Below are positions 23,774 through 34,136 of a DNA stretch of 64,000 bases, in pieces. The notes beneath the pieces were generated by a model, which was not told where the DNA came from, did no database searches, and was given only the letters and a program-made list of their open reading frames with translations. The position numbers and the translations under genes were made by a program. How positions within the stretch are numbered: position 1 is the first letter of the stretch; every line of letters begins with the position of its first letter. Source of the DNA: Actinomycetota bacterium (GTDB taxonomy: Bacteria > Actinomycetota > Actinomycetes > S36-B12); the NCBI GenBank assembly GCA_016870515.1, contig VGBL01000005.1:3373-67372 (forward strand), in the 5' to 3' direction.

Positions 23774-25432
23774 TCAGGCTCTCCACACCGGCTCGTCCGA
23801 CTCCCGCACGGCCCCTTCGGCGCCCACCACGAGATAGCGATCGAAGTCGCGGGCGAACCAGCGGTCGTGGGTCACCGCGACGACGGTGCCGTCGAAGGCA
23901 TCGAGGGCCGCCTCCAGAGCCTCCGCACTCTCCAGGTCGAGGTTGTCGGTCGGCTCGTCGAGCAGCAGCAGCGTCGCTCCGGAGAGCTCGAGCAGCAGGA
24001 TCTGCACCCGGGCCTGCTGGCCACCCGACAGCGAGTCGAAGGACTGCTCCGAGGCACCCGCCAGGCCGTAGCGATCGAGGGCCCGCGCGGCCTGCTCGCG
24101 TCCCATGCCGGCACGATGACCGTCGCCCCGGTGCAGGATCTCCAGCAGCGTGCGCCCCTTCAGGTCCGGTCGCACGTGGGTCTGCGCGAACCATCCGGGG
24201 CGTACGCGCGATCCGAGGCGTGCGGTGCCCACATGACGCACGGGCGCAATCGGCAGATCGTTGACGGGCTGGTGCTCGACATCGGGATCGGTGCCGCCGG
24301 CGGCCAGGAGACGCAGGAGATGGGACTTGCCGGCACCGTTGCGGCCGAGCACGGCCAGTCGCTCGCCGTACCAGACCTCGAGGTCGAACGGCTCGGTCAG
24401 ATCGGTCAGTTGCAGTCCCTCACAGATCACCGCCCGCTTGGCGGTGCGACCGCCCTGCAGTCGCATGCGCATGCTCTGCCGGATGGGCACGGCCTGCGGT
24501 GGTCCGGCCTCCTCGAACTTGCGCAGTCGCGTCTGCGCGGCCTGGTAGCGCGAGGCGAGGCCATCGTTGTAGGTCGCCTTGGTCTTGAGCATCTCGACGA
24601 GGTCCTTGAGCTTTTGGTGCTGCTCATCCCAGCGCCGACGGAGTTCCTCGAGACGGCTCATGCGGTCGGCGCGAGCCTCGGCGTAGGTGGCGAATCCCCC
24701 GCCGTGCACCCACACGATGTTGCCAGCCGCGCCGAGCTCGACCGTGACGATCGTCGACGCGCACGCGCGCAGCAGCTCGCGATCGTGGCTGACGAGCAGA
24801 ATCGTCTTCGACGTGGCGGCAATGCTCTGCTCGAGCCACTGCTTGGCGGGCACGTCGAGGTAGTTGTCGGGCTCATCCAGCACGAGGACCTCATCGGACC
24901 CGCGCAGGAGGGCCTCGAGCACGAGTCGCTTCTGCTCCCCGCCCGACAGGGTCGACACCGGCCGCCACTTCACGTCGTCGTAGGCCAATCCGAGGGCCGA
25001 CGTGCAGCAGACATCCCAGGCGACCTCGGCGTCGTAGCCACCCGCGTCGGCGTAGTCGGCGAGCGCTTGCGCGTAGCGCATCTGGAGATCGGGATCCTCG
25101 CTGTCCATGAGCCGGATCTCGCAATCATCGACGTCGGCAGCCGCCCGCTGCAGATCCTCCGACGACACCGACAGCAGCAGGTCGCGCACGGTGCCGTCGG
25201 TGCCGTGACCGATGAACTGCCGCATGACGCCCAGGCCCCCCGTCGTGATCACGCTTCCGTCATCGGGCTGGAGGTCACCCGCGATCATGCGAAGCAGGGT
25301 CGTCTTGCCCGCGCCGTTGGCACCGATCAGCGCCGCCTTGGCTCCCTCGCCGACGCGGAAGCTCACGTCGTCGAGGAGGACGCGGCCGTCCGGGAGGGCG
25401 TAGGTGACGTGCTGGACATCGATGTGGCCCAT
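23774..25432 (-). CDS. ABC-F family ATPase (two ABC domains, no transmembrane partner)
   Basis: 552 aa. Walker A twice (GANGAGKTT, GRNGAGKSH), signature twice (LSGGEQKR, LSGGQQAR), and a charged linker of about 80 aa. Confidence 0.85.
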   Translation of the reverse strand: MGHIDVQHVTYALPDGRVLLDDVSFRVGEGAKAALIGANGAGKTTLLRMIAGDLQPDDGSVITTGGLGVMRQFIGHGTDGTVRDLLLSVSSEDLQRAAADVDDCEIRLMDSEDPDLQMRYAQALADYADAGGYDAEVAWDVCCTSALGLAYDDVKWRPVSTLSGGEQKRLVLEALLRGSDEVLVLDEPDNYLDVPAKQWLEQSIAATSKTILLVSHDRELLRACASTIVTVELGAAGNIVWVHGGGFATYAEARADRMSRLEELRRRWDEQHQKLKDLVEMLKTKATYNDGLASRYQAAQTRLRKFEEAGPPQAVPIRQSMRMRLQGGRTAKRAVICEGLQLTDLTEPFDLEVWYGERLAVLGRNGAGKSHLLRLLAAGGTDPDVEHQPVNDLPIAPVRHVGTARLGSRVRPGWFAQTHVRPDLKGRTLLEILHRGDGHRAGMGREQAARALDRYGLAGASEQSFDSLSGGQQARVQILLLELSGATLLLLDEPTDNLDLESAEALEAALDAFDGTVVAVTHDRWFARDFDRYLVVGAEGAVRESDEPVWRA

Positions 25433-26235
25433 CAGGTCGGCCCGCGAAACGCTCGGGTGACGCCCTGTCGCGCGGATAGATCAGCGTCGACCGGGTAGCG
25501 AACCTCCTCCAGGACCAGTCCCTGGGCAGGCATGACGGTGACACGTGGGTCGCGCGCGCGGCCGGCCAGCACCTCGCCCGCCCACCCGATCGACTGGCGA
25601 CCATCACCCACGGGGACCAGAAGCCCGACTATCGATCGGACCATCGAGTGGCAGAAGGCATCGGCGCTGATCGTCATCTGCGCGAGCCCGGTGTCTCCTC
25701 GAGTCCACTCGAGCCCGAGCACGCGCCGGATCATCGAGGCGCCCTCCCGCGGCTTGCACAGCGCTGCGAAGTTGTGTTCGCCGATCAGTGACTCTCCGGC
25801 GGCCGCCATGGCGTCGACATCGAGCGGGCGCGGATAGGGGACCACCTCGCGCCTTCGGAGCGGGTCCCACGCTTCATCGCGATCACACAGCCGATATCGG
25901 TAGTGGCGCGAGAGCGCCGAGAATCGGGCATCGAAGCCGGCGGGTGCCTCCGACACGCGGATCACAGTGACGTCACCGGGCAGGACACCCCGCAAGCTGC
26001 GCTCGAGCGCCGCGGGGTCGACAGGTGAATCGACATCGACGTGGGCCACCTGCCCTCGAGCGTGTACGCCGGCGTCGGTGCGCCCGGCGCAGGTGACAGA
26101 CGGCGGGCCCGGCAGGCACAGGACCTGCGCGAGGGCGTCCTCGACGGCGCCCTGGATGGTGCGCAGCCCGGGCTGGCGCGCCCACCCGGCGAAGTCGGTG
26201 CCGTCGTAGGCGAGGTCAAGCCGCAGGCGCGTCAT
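25432..26235 (-). CDS. truA: tRNA pseudouridine(38-40) synthase
   Basis: 267 aa: LAYDGTDFAGWARQPG...GRTDAGVHARGQVAHVD. Confidence 0.9.
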   Translation of the reverse strand: MTRLRLDLAYDGTDFAGWARQPGLRTIQGAVEDALAQVLCLPGPPSVTCAGRTDAGVHARGQVAHVDVDSPVDPAALERSLRGVLPGDVTVIRVSEAPAGFDARFSALSRHYRYRLCDRDEAWDPLRRREVVPYPRPLDVDAMAAAGESLIGEHNFAALCKPREGASMIRRVLGLEWTRGDTGLAQMTISADAFCHSMVRSIVGLLVPVGDGRQSIGWAGEVLAGRARDPRVTVMPAQGLVLEEVRYPVDADLSARQGVTRAFRGPT

Positions 26236-26254
26236 AGCTACTCCCCTGACGGAC

Positions 26255-26292
26255 GATGCGGAGACATCCTGGTCTCAGGACGCCTCCGCATC
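26255..26292 (-). terminator. Hairpin between rplQ and truA (possible attenuator/terminator)
   Basis: GATGCGGAG...CTCCGCATC forms a 9-bp stem enclosing a nested CCTG/CAGG stem. No U tract. Confidence 0.3.
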
Positions 26293-26319
26293 GCGGTGGA
26301 TCTGGGTGGATCCCGGCGA

Positions 26320-26928
26320 TCAGGCCTTGTCGTCCTTATCGGCCTCGGCGGCGGATTCCTCGGCGTCCTCGGTCGAGACCTCGGCTCCGTCGGCAGTGGG
26401 CGCCTCGGTCGGAGCAGCCTCGTCGGCGGCAGCCTCGACAGCCTCGTCGGTGGCTGCGTCGGCGGTGGGCTCCTCCACCGGAGCAGCCTTGGCGGCGGGC
26501 GTGGCCTTTGCGGCCTTCTCCTTGGCCGCCCGCTTTGTCGCACCGGTCGCCTCGGCGACCACCTGCTCCTGCAGCGGCTCCACCAGCTCGATGACCGCCA
26601 TGGGCGCGTTGTCACCCTTGCGGGGGCCGACCTTCACGATGCGTGTGTAGCCGCCATGACGGTTTTCGTAGCGCGGACCGATCTCGGTAAAGAGCACGTG
26701 CACCACGCCCTTGTCGCGCACGACCGTGAGGACGCGGCGGCGGGCAGCGAGGTCGCCACGCTTTGCAAAGGTGATGAGACGCTCGGCCAGCGGGCGCAGG
26801 CGCTTGGCCTTGGCCTCGGTGGTCGTGATGCGGCCGTGCTCGAAGAGCGCGGTCGCGAGATTGCCGAGCATGAGGCGCTCGTGTGCCGGCCCGCCCCCGA
26901 GACGGGGGCCCTTCGTCGGCGTAGGCAT
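26320..26928 (-). CDS. rplQ: 50S ribosomal protein L17 (Ala/Glu-rich C-terminal extension)
   Basis: 202 aa: [25 protein letters not shown]... Confidence 0.93.
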   Translation of the reverse strand: MPTPTKGPRLGGGPAHERLMLGNLATALFEHGRITTTEAKAKRLRPLAERLITFAKRGDLAARRRVLTVVRDKGVVHVLFTEIGPRYENRHGGYTRIVKVGPRKGDNAPMAVIELVEPLQEQVVAEATGATKRAAKEKAAKATPAAKAAPVEEPTADAATDEAVEAAADEAAPTEAPTADGAEVSTEDAEESAAEADKDDKA

Positions 26929-26960
26929 GTCCAGACTCCTTGCTGCGGGTGGCCAGTCGG

Positions 26961-27983
26961 CTAGAGCTGCTCGTCCTCGGCGTAGCCGAGGCCGTCATCA
27001 TCGTCTTCGTCGCTGAAGTACACAGCGGCACCAGGATCGAATCCGGGCGGGCTGTCCTTGAGGGCGAGGCCAAGGGTCACCAGCTTGACCTTGACCTCAT
27101 CGATCGACTTCGCACCGAAATTGCGAATGTCGAGCAGGTCGGCCTCGCTGCGGCCAATGAGTTCACCCACCGTGTGGATGCCCTCGCGCTTGAGACAGTT
27201 GTAGGAGCGAACCGTGAGGTCGAGCTGCTCGATGGGCGTGGAGAGCTGCTCGGCCACGAAGGCGTCGGCAGGCGACGGGCCGATATCGATGCCCTCGGCA
27301 TCGACGTTGAGCTCGCGGGCGAGCCCGAAGAGCTCGACAAGCGTCTTGCCTGCCGAGGCAACGGCATCGCGGGGCAGCATGCACGGCTTCGTCTCGACGT
27401 CCAGCACGAGCTTGTCGAAGTCAGTGCGCTGCTCGACGCGGGTGGCGTCGACCTTGTAGGTGACCTTCAGCACCGGCGAGTAGATGGAGTCGACCGGGAT
27501 GCGGCCGATCTCCTGGCCGGGCTGCTTGTTGAGGTTGGCCGAGACATAGCCGCGACCGCGCTCGACAACGAGCTCCATCTCGAGCTTGCCTTTGCCATTG
27601 AGGGTGGCGATGTGGAGATCGGGGTTGTGGACCTCGACGCCGGCTGGCGGGGCGATGTCGGCAGCGACAACCGCGCCCGGGCCCTGCTTTCGGAGGTACA
27701 TCACGACAGGCTCGTCAAGGTCGGAGGAAACCACGAGCTGCTTGATATTGAGGATGAGTTCGGTGACGTCCTCCTTCATGCCCGGGATGGTCGTGAATTC
27801 GTGCAGGACGCCGTCGATGCGAATACTGGTGACGGCGGCGCCGGGGATCGAGGAGAGCAGGGTCCGGCGCAGGGAGTTGCCCAGCGTGTAGCCAAAGCCG
27901 GGCTCTAGGGGCTCCAGGACGAACCGCGAGCGGAACTCGCTGATCGGCTCCTCGGAGAGGGTGGGGCGCTGCGTGATGAGCAC
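26961..27983 (-). CDS. rpoA: DNA-directed RNA polymerase alpha subunit
   Basis: 340 aa: [29 protein letters not shown], with the C-terminal domain (CTD) motif [14 protein letters not shown]. Confidence 0.97.
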   Translation of the reverse strand: MLITQRPTLSEEPISEFRSRFVLEPLEPGFGYTLGNSLRRTLLSSIPGAAVTSIRIDGVLHEFTTIPGMKEDVTELILNIKQLVVSSDLDEPVVMYLRKQGPGAVVAADIAPPAGVEVHNPDLHIATLNGKGKLEMELVVERGRGYVSANLNKQPGQEIGRIPVDSIYSPVLKVTYKVDATRVEQRTDFDKLVLDVETKPCMLPRDAVASAGKTLVELFGLARELNVDAEGIDIGPSPADAFVAEQLSTPIEQLDLTVRSYNCLKREGIHTVGELIGRSEADLLDIRNFGAKSIDEVKVKLVTLGLALKDSPPGFDPGAAVYFSDEDDDDGLGYAEDEQL

Positions 27984-28039
27984 GTGGTTTCCTTTCGGCG
28001 ACGACCGCTATTTGACGTCGGGTTGGGGGAAGGGAAGGA

Positions 28040-28666
28040 CTACTTGGAGTAGAGCTCGACGATGAGCTGCTCCTGGACCGGGGTGTCGATGACCTGGCGC
28101 GATGGCAGCGAGTGCACGAGGATCCGCATCTTTGAGGGGATGACCTCGAGCCATGCGGGCACGGGACGCTCGCCGATCTCAGCGTGGGCCACGATGAAGG
28201 GAGTCATCTCACGTGACCCCGGGCGCACCTCGATGATGTCGTTGGGCTGCACGCGGTAGGACGGAATGTCAACCTTGTGCCCATTGACGGTGAAGTGGCC
28301 GTGCCGCACCAGCTGGCGTGCCATGTCGCGCGACTTGGCGAAGCCGGCGCGATAGACGACGTTGTCGAGTCGCGACTCGAGGATGCGCAGCAGGTTGTCG
28401 CCTGTCTTGCCCGAGCGCCGGTGCGCTTCTTCGTAGTAGCCACGGAACTGCTTCTCGAGCACTCCATAGATGCGGCTTGCCTTCTGCTTCTCGCGCAACT
28501 GCAGGAGGTACTCGCTGTCCTTTGACCTGCCTCGGCCATGCTGGCCAGGCGGGTAGGGGCGCTTCTCGAAGGGGCACTTCGGGGATTCGCACTTGGACCC
28601 CTTCAGGAAGAGCTTCATCTTCTCCCGGCGGCAGCGCTTGCAGTCCGCGTCGGTGTATCGAGCCAT
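28040..28666 (-). CDS. rpsD: 30S ribosomal protein S4
   Basis: Trimmed from track ORF 28040..29137 to the ATG at 28666 ([23 protein letters not shown]). Confidence 0.95.
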   Translation of the reverse strand: MARYTDADCKRCRREKMKLFLKGSKCESPKCPFEKRPYPPGQHGRGRSKDSEYLLQLREKQKASRIYGVLEKQFRGYYEEAHRRSGKTGDNLLRILESRLDNVVYRAGFAKSRDMARQLVRHGHFTVNGHKVDIPSYRVQPNDIIEVRPGSREMTPFIVAHAEIGERPVPAWLEVIPSKMRILVHSLPSRQVIDTPVQEQLIVELYSK

Positions 28667-28685
28667 GGTTGTTGGTTCTCCTGTT

Positions 28686-29093
28686 TCAGACGCGGCGGCG
28701 CTTGGGAGGGCGGCACCCGTTGAAGGGCACCGGGGTGACGTCCTGGATGGAGCCCACCTCCAGGCCGGTGGCCTGGAGGGAGCGGATGGCGGTCTCGCGG
28801 CCCGAACCCGGGCCCCTGACGAACACATCGACCTTGCGCATGCCGTGCTCCATGGCGCGACGAGCGGCTGCCTCGGCGGCCATTTGCGCGGCGAAGGGAG
28901 TCGACTTGCGGCTGCCCTTGAAGCCCACCTGGCCCGAGCTCGACCAGGCGACGACCGCTCCGGTCGGATCGGTGATGGACACGATCGTGTTGTTGAACGT
29001 GCTCTTGATGTGGGCATGCCCATGAGCGACGTTCTTCTTTTCCTTGCGGCGCACCTTCTTGGCGCCGGGCTTTGCTCCGGTCTTGGGGGGCAT
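28686..29093 (-). CDS. rpsK: 30S ribosomal protein S11
   Basis: Trimmed from track ORF 28686..29585 to the ATG at 29093 ([36 protein letters not shown]). Confidence 0.95.
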   Translation of the reverse strand: MPPKTGAKPGAKKVRRKEKKNVAHGHAHIKSTFNNTIVSITDPTGAVVAWSSSGQVGFKGSRKSTPFAAQMAAEAAARRAMEHGMRKVDVFVRGPGSGRETAIRSLQATGLEVGSIQDVTPVPFNGCRPPKRRRV

Positions 29094-29160
29094 CGTCCTT
29101 CTTCTCCTGAGGTCATCGGTCCGCTGGCCGGCGGCATAGCCGCTCGAGCAGACCCGCGGA

Positions 29161-29541
29161 CTACTTCTTGCCGACCTTCTTCTTGCCAGCGACGGTCTTG
29201 CGAGGTCCCTTGCGGGTACGAGCGTTGGTGTGGGTGCGCTGTCCGTGGACGGGCAGGCCGCGACGGTGGCGGATGCCCTGGTAGCAGCCGATCTCCACCT
29301 TGCGGCGGATGTCGGCGGCCACCTCGCGGCGGAGGTCGCCCTCGACGCGCACGTTGGCCTCGATCCAGTCTCGGAGGGCGAGAACCTGGTCGTCGGTGAG
29401 GTCGCGGGCCCGCAGGTCAGGGCTGATGCCTGTCGATGCCAGGGCTTGCGCGGCGCGGGAGCGGCCAATGCCGTAGATGTATGTGAGCGCGACGGCCATC
29501 CGCTTGTCGCGGGGCAGGTCGACGCCGACCAGACGTGCCAT
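29161..29541 (-). CDS. rpsM: 30S ribosomal protein S13
   Basis: Trimmed to the ATG at 29541 ([26 protein letters not shown]). Confidence 0.95.
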   Translation of the reverse strand: MARLVGVDLPRDKRMAVALTYIYGIGRSRAAQALASTGISPDLRARDLTDDQVLALRDWIEANVRVEGDLRREVAADIRRKVEIGCYQGIRHRRGLPVHGQRTHTNARTRKGPRKTVAGKKKVGKK

Positions 29542-29722
29542 GGGTGTCCTCTTCTTCTCATCGCTCGGGAGGTATCGGACGGCACCAGTCCTTCCCACCC
29601 GGGAAGGTCCTCGGCCTCTCGTCCGAGGGTGGCGTCCTGAGGCCTGCACGTGCGAGCCTCAGGGGTCGGGTGCCGCTATGGATCGGTGTCGCGGGTTGTC
29701 TCCCCTCGGCACCGGCAACGTG

Positions 29723-29836
29723 TCAGCCTTGGCGCTGCTTGTGGCGCACGTTGTCGCAAATGACCATGACCCGGCCATGGCGGCGGATCACCTTGCACTT
29801 TTCGCAGATTTTCTTCACGCTCGGCTTGACCTTCAC
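29723..29836 (-). CDS. rpmJ: 50S ribosomal protein L36
   Basis: Own translation (too short for the track): (M)[39 protein letters not shown] start behind a GAGGTGGG SD. Confidence 0.9.
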   Translation of the reverse strand: MKVKPSVKKICEKCKVIRRHGRVMVICDNVRHKQRQG

Positions 29837-29848
29837 CGGAATCCCACC

Positions 29849-30070
29849 TCACTTGTACCTGTAGATGATGCGACCCCGGGTCAGGTCGTAGGGCGAGAGC
29901 TCCACGACAACCCGGTCATCTGGGAGGATTCGGATGTAGTGCATCCGCATCTTCCCGCTGATGTGGGCCAGGACCTTGTGTCCGTTGTCCAGTTCCACGC
30001 GGAACATCGCATTGGGCAAAGACTCGGTGATCGTGCCCTCGAGCTCGATCGCGCCGTCCTTCTTTGCCAT
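29849..30070 (-). CDS. infA: Translation initiation factor IF-1
   Basis: Trimmed to the ATG at 30070 ([42 protein letters not shown]). Confidence 0.95.
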   Translation of the reverse strand: MAKKDGAIELEGTITESLPNAMFRVELDNGHKVLAHISGKMRMHYIRILPDDRVVVELSPYDLTRGRIIYRYK

Positions 30071-30230
30071 GCCCTCTGCTTCCGTCCGCTCGGCCTTGCC
30101 ACGCACGCGTGCGCCCCGCCCAAATGGAAGGGGTGCGGACGAACGGGGAAGCCCGATATCAGCCCAGGAAGCATACGCCTGCGCCCGGATCCCTCCTAAT
30201 CGGGGGGTCGTTTCGCCCGATTTGAGGGGA

Positions 30231-30883
30231 TCATTTGCTCAGCCGCGCCTGGATCCACTTGTCGCGCGCGGAGGAGCCGGCCGGGTAGACCCCGATCGCG
30301 ATGAGGGTCCTGAGCGAGATGACCGGCCATGGGATGAAGAGGACGGCATTGACCGGGGGCTGCCAGGAGATCCGGTCGAGGTAGGCCACCTGCAACTTCT
30401 CCAACTCGCTGCGGAGCTCGGCGACATCGGTGCCTCGTGCCTGCAGCTGGTTGAGCAGGACATTGAATTCGTCGAGGGCTCGAGTGGCCCGGTCCGAGAG
30501 GGCGACCGACGGATCGGCTCGCTGCCCACTGGCGAGGACAGACAGCTCGTCATCGCGCACGCCTGTCGCGTTTTGCTGCAAGAGCGCATAGGCCGATTGC
30601 TCCTGCGACGGAGCCGCCACAGCCATGTTGTCGGTGAAGAGGGCCAGGTGGTGAGTTCGCGAGTCATGCGCTCGCTCGCCTGCGACTGTGCTCCCCACAT
30701 GGTCGCGATCCAGAATGACCCGATGAGCACGAAGACCCCACCGATGAACCGCGGGCCCGTCATGCTCGCGTTGTCCTTCAACCGGTTGGTTCGATCCCTT
30801 TGCACGACCCACCACGTGATCGGGACGACCACCGCGAAGGACACCATCACGACCAGCACGATCACGAGGGTGGGACTTGGCAT
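30231..30883 (-). pseudogene. Membrane protein (about 216 aa conceptual) split by a 1-nt frameshift near 30645-30700
   Basis: Track ORF 30239..30883 looks genuine only for its first ~79 aa (two TM helices). Track ORF 30231..30815 looks genuine only for its last ~137 aa (coiled-coil plus a C-terminal TM helix). The remainders are Arg/Ser/Pro-rich off-frame text. Confidence 0.5.
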
Positions 30884-30907
30884 GGGGCGCTGCTCTCGAC
30901 AGGCAGA

Positions 30908-31693
30908 CTAGAGGCGTACGTCATCCAGCGCGGTCAGCACCCATGGCCCGTCGTCGGTGACGGCCACGGTGTGCTCCCAGTGGCTGGCGTACGAGCCATC
31001 GCTGGCGACCACGGTCCAGTCGTCGTCGAGCACGTGGACGCCCGCGTCACCAAGGACCACCATCGGCTCGATGGCCAGCGCCATGCCCGGCACCAGGCGA
31101 GGGCCCTTGCCTGGACGGCCGTAGTTGGGCACCGCCGGCTCCATGTGCATGCGCGATCCGATGCCGTGGCCGACGTAGTCCTCGACTATTCCGTACTGCG
31201 GTCCTGCAGAGCGGATGGCCGACTCGACGGCATGGCCGATATCGGACAGTCGATTGCCGGCTCGCGCAGCCCACAGGCCCGCCCACAGGGACTGCTCGGT
31301 CACTCGCGACAGTTCAGCGAGGTTGACTGCCGATTTGCCGACGAGCACGGTGACGGCAGCATCGCCGTGCCATCCGTCGACGATCGCGCCACAGTCGACG
31401 GACACGACGTCGCCGTCGGCAAGCCGTCGCGGGCCGGGTATGCCGTGGACGACCTCGTCGTTGACCGAGACGCAGATGTGGGCAGGGAAGCCGTGGTAGC
31501 CGAGAAAGGACGGCGTCGCCCCCTCGTCACGGATCGATGCGGCGGCACACTCATCCATGTCAGCGGTCGTGACTCCCGCCTTGGTCATGCCGGCCACCCG
31601 CTGGAGCGTCTTGGCCACCACGAGGCCAGCCACTCGCATGGCGTCGATCTGAGCCGGGGTCTTGACCTCGATGCGGTCCTGGGCGCGGAACAT
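30908..31693 (-). CDS. map: Type I methionine aminopeptidase
   Basis: 261 aa with metal ligands in ...VSVDCGA...GHGIG...LAIEPM...WEHTV. Confidence 0.93.
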   Translation of the reverse strand: MFRAQDRIEVKTPAQIDAMRVAGLVVAKTLQRVAGMTKAGVTTADMDECAAASIRDEGATPSFLGYHGFPAHICVSVNDEVVHGIPGPRRLADGDVVSVDCGAIVDGWHGDAAVTVLVGKSAVNLAELSRVTEQSLWAGLWAARAGNRLSDIGHAVESAIRSAGPQYGIVEDYVGHGIGSRMHMEPAVPNYGRPGKGPRLVPGMALAIEPMVVLGDAGVHVLDDDWTVVASDGSYASHWEHTVAVTDDGPWVLTALDDVRL

Positions 31694-31696
31694 GGC

Positions 31697-32260
31697 TCAG
31701 GACTCGAGGGCGGCGAGGATGCGCTCGGTGACCACGTCGACCTGGCCCATGCCGTCGACGTCGACGATGAGCCCGCGCTCGCGGTAGACGGCGGTCAGCG
31801 GGGCCGTCTGGTCGAAGTAGACCTCGAGTCGGCGACGGATAGTCTCGGCCGAGTCGTCACTGCGCCCCTGCTCCCGCGCGCGATTGAGCAGACGCTGGAC
31901 GACGGCCTCAGTGTCGACAGTCAACTCGATGACCTTGTCGAGTGCCCGGCCATCCGACCTCAGCATGGCGTCGAGCTCGTTGACCTGCTCGAGCGTGCGG
32001 GGGTAGCCGTCTAGCAGGAGGCCCGGATCGCAATCATCGCGGGACAGTCGATCGCGCACCATGGCGTTGGTGATCGAGTCGGGCACATATTCGCCCGCGT
32101 CCATGTATCGCTGCGCCTCTTCGCCGAGAGGCGTTCCCTGGCTGACGTTGGCCCGGAAGATGTCACCCGTCGAAATGTGGGGTACGCCGAGCGACTGGGC
32201 GACCACAACGGCCTGGGTGCCCTTGCCGGCACCAGGGGGCCCCATGATCACCAGACGCAT
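31697..32260 (-). CDS. adk: Adenylate kinase
   Basis: 187 aa: MRLVIMGPPGAGKGTQA. Confidence 0.95.
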   Translation of the reverse strand: MRLVIMGPPGAGKGTQAVVVAQSLGVPHISTGDIFRANVSQGTPLGEEAQRYMDAGEYVPDSITNAMVRDRLSRDDCDPGLLLDGYPRTLEQVNELDAMLRSDGRALDKVIELTVDTEAVVQRLLNRAREQGRSDDSAETIRRRLEVYFDQTAPLTAVYRERGLIVDVDGMGQVDVVTERILAALES

Positions 32261-33558
32261 CAGCGAAGGAAGCCCTCGTAATTGCGCTGCTGCAGCTGGG
32301 CATCGATCTGCTTGACCGTGTCGAGACCAACGCCCACCACGATCAGCAGGCTGATGCCACCGAAGACGAAGCGATCGCCGATGCCGAGGACATTGAAGGC
32401 GACAACCGGCATGACGGCGATGGCCGCGAGGTAGAGCGAGCCGGGCGCCGTCAGGCGATTGAGCACATAGGCGAGGTAGTCGGCGGTGGGCTTGCCCGCG
32501 CGAATGCCAGGAATGAAGCCGCCGTACTTCTTCATGTTGTCGGCTACGTCAACGGGGTTGAACGTAATCGACACGTAGAAGTAGGTGAAGAAGATCGTGA
32601 GGATGGCGAAGAAGGCGAGGTAGACGGTCGATGTGCCGGTCGAGAAGTTGGTGGCCACCCACTGCGCCCACCCCGCCTGGCTTCCCGTCAGCTGCACGAG
32701 AAGGGTAGGCAGGAAGAGCAGGGAGCTGGCGAAGATCACGGGAATGACGCCCGCCATGTTCATCTTGAGCGGGATGTAGGTCGAGGTGCCGCCGTACATG
32801 CGACGACCCACCATTCGCTTGGCGTATTGCACCGGGATGCGGCGCTGGCCCTGCTCGACGAAGACGACGAGGGTAAGGACCACCAGGGCGACGAGGATCG
32901 TCAGCACGAAGGTGAAGGTGCCGCGGCTGACGAACACGTTGATGAACTGGGCAGGAATGGTCGCGATGATGGAGGTGAAGATCAGGAGCGACATGCCGTT
33001 GCCCACACCACGCTCGGTGATGAGCTCGCCCAGCCACATGATCACTGCCGTGCCCGCTGTCATGACGATGACCATGACCATGATGAGCAGCACGCTTTGG
33101 TTGGGGATCAGCTCCTCGGGGCAGCCGCTGAAGAGCTGACCGGGGGTGCGCGCGAGCGACAGGATCGCGGTCGACTGGAGGATGGCCAGGCCGATGGTCA
33201 GGTAGCGCGTGTATTGCGTCAGCTTTGCCTGACCCGACTGCCCCTCCTTCTTGAGGAGCTCCAGGCGCGGGATGACGACGGTGAGGAGCTGGATGATGAT
33301 GCTCGCCGTGATGTAGGGCATGATGCCGAGCGCGAACACCGAAAGCTGGAGCAGCGCACCGCCGCTGAAGAGGTTGATGACCGCGTAGATCGAATTGTCA
33401 GAGGTCTGGTCGATGCATCGCTGGATGGCTGAGTAGTCGACTCCGGGAGTGGGCACGACGGAGCCCAGCCGGAAGACGGCAATCATCCCCAGCGTGAACA
33501 GCAGCTTCTTGCGGAGGTCCGGGGTGCGGAACGCCTCCACGAAAGCGCTGAGATGCAC
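32260..33558 (-). CDS. secY: Preprotein translocase subunit SecY
   Basis: Trimmed to the GTG at 33558 ((M)HLSAFVEAFRTPDLRKKLLFTL), 5 nt after an AGGAGG SD. The track start is 33585. Confidence 0.95.
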   Translation of the reverse strand: MHLSAFVEAFRTPDLRKKLLFTLGMIAVFRLGSVVPTPGVDYSAIQRCIDQTSDNSIYAVINLFSGGALLQLSVFALGIMPYITASIIIQLLTVVIPRLELLKKEGQSGQAKLTQYTRYLTIGLAILQSTAILSLARTPGQLFSGCPEELIPNQSVLLIMVMVIVMTAGTAVIMWLGELITERGVGNGMSLLIFTSIIATIPAQFINVFVSRGTFTFVLTILVALVVLTLVVFVEQGQRRIPVQYAKRMVGRRMYGGTSTYIPLKMNMAGVIPVIFASSLLFLPTLLVQLTGSQAGWAQWVATNFSTGTSTVYLAFFAILTIFFTYFYVSITFNPVDVADNMKKYGGFIPGIRAGKPTADYLAYVLNRLTAPGSLYLAAIAVMPVVAFNVLGIGDRFVFGGISLLIVVGVGLDTVKQIDAQLQQRNYEGFLR

Positions 33559-33679
33559 GCTTACCTCCTGCGCGGTGTCGGGCACCGCTTGTCGTGGACA
33601 GTGGCCCCGGTCTGACCTCGAAGGAGCCTAACGTAGGCGCCTCGTGGAGCCGACCGATGAGCCTTGGACCAGCCTGGGA

Positions 33680-34135
33680 TCAGGACGTTCGAGTGGCCAC
33701 GGTCTCGGCTGAGCCCCCCGCAGCGGCGATCTTCTCGCGCGCTGAGTCGGAGAATGCGTGAGCCGAGACCTGGATCGCTATCCCTATTTCACCCTGACCG
33801 AGGACCTTCACCGGACTGCCCTTGCGCACCGCGCCTGCGGAGACGAGGTCAGCCACGGTGACGGCGCCGCCGTCCGGGAAGAGCCGGCCAAGGGTCGCGA
33901 CATTCACGACCTGGTAGTCGACCTTGTTGGGGCTCGTGAAGCCCTTCAGCTTGGGAAGGCGCATGTGCAGTGGCATCTGGCCACCCTCGAAGCGAGCAGG
34001 CACCTGGGTGCGTGCCTTGCTGCCCTTGGTGCCGCGGCCCGCCGTCTTGCCCTTGGAGCCTTCACCGCGCCCCTTGCGAGTCTTGGCTGTCTTGGCCCCG
34101 GGCGCCGGACGCAGGTGGTGAACCTTGAGCGTCAT
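33680..34135 (-). CDS. rplO: 50S ribosomal protein L15
   Basis: Trimmed to the ATG at 34135 ([24 protein letters not shown]). Confidence 0.93.
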   Translation of the reverse strand: MTLKVHHLRPAPGAKTAKTRKGRGEGSKGKTAGRGTKGSKARTQVPARFEGGQMPLHMRLPKLKGFTSPNKVDYQVVNVATLGRLFPDGGAVTVADLVSAGAVRKGSPVKVLGQGEIGIAIQVSAHAFSDSAREKIAAAGGSAETVATRTS

Positions 34136-34136
34136 G

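Noticed and set aside
28040-29585. Long N-terminal extensions on track ORFs for rpsD, rpsK, rpsM, rpsG, rpsH, rplB, rpsJ, fusA, rpoB, rplJ, rplL, secE and the aminotransferase (60252..61958).
   Set aside because: The extensions overlap the upstream gene in another frame (or the tRNA-Trp gene) and read as Pro/Arg/Ser-rich text. Each conserved protein begins at an internal ATG/GTG/TTG preceded by an SD.
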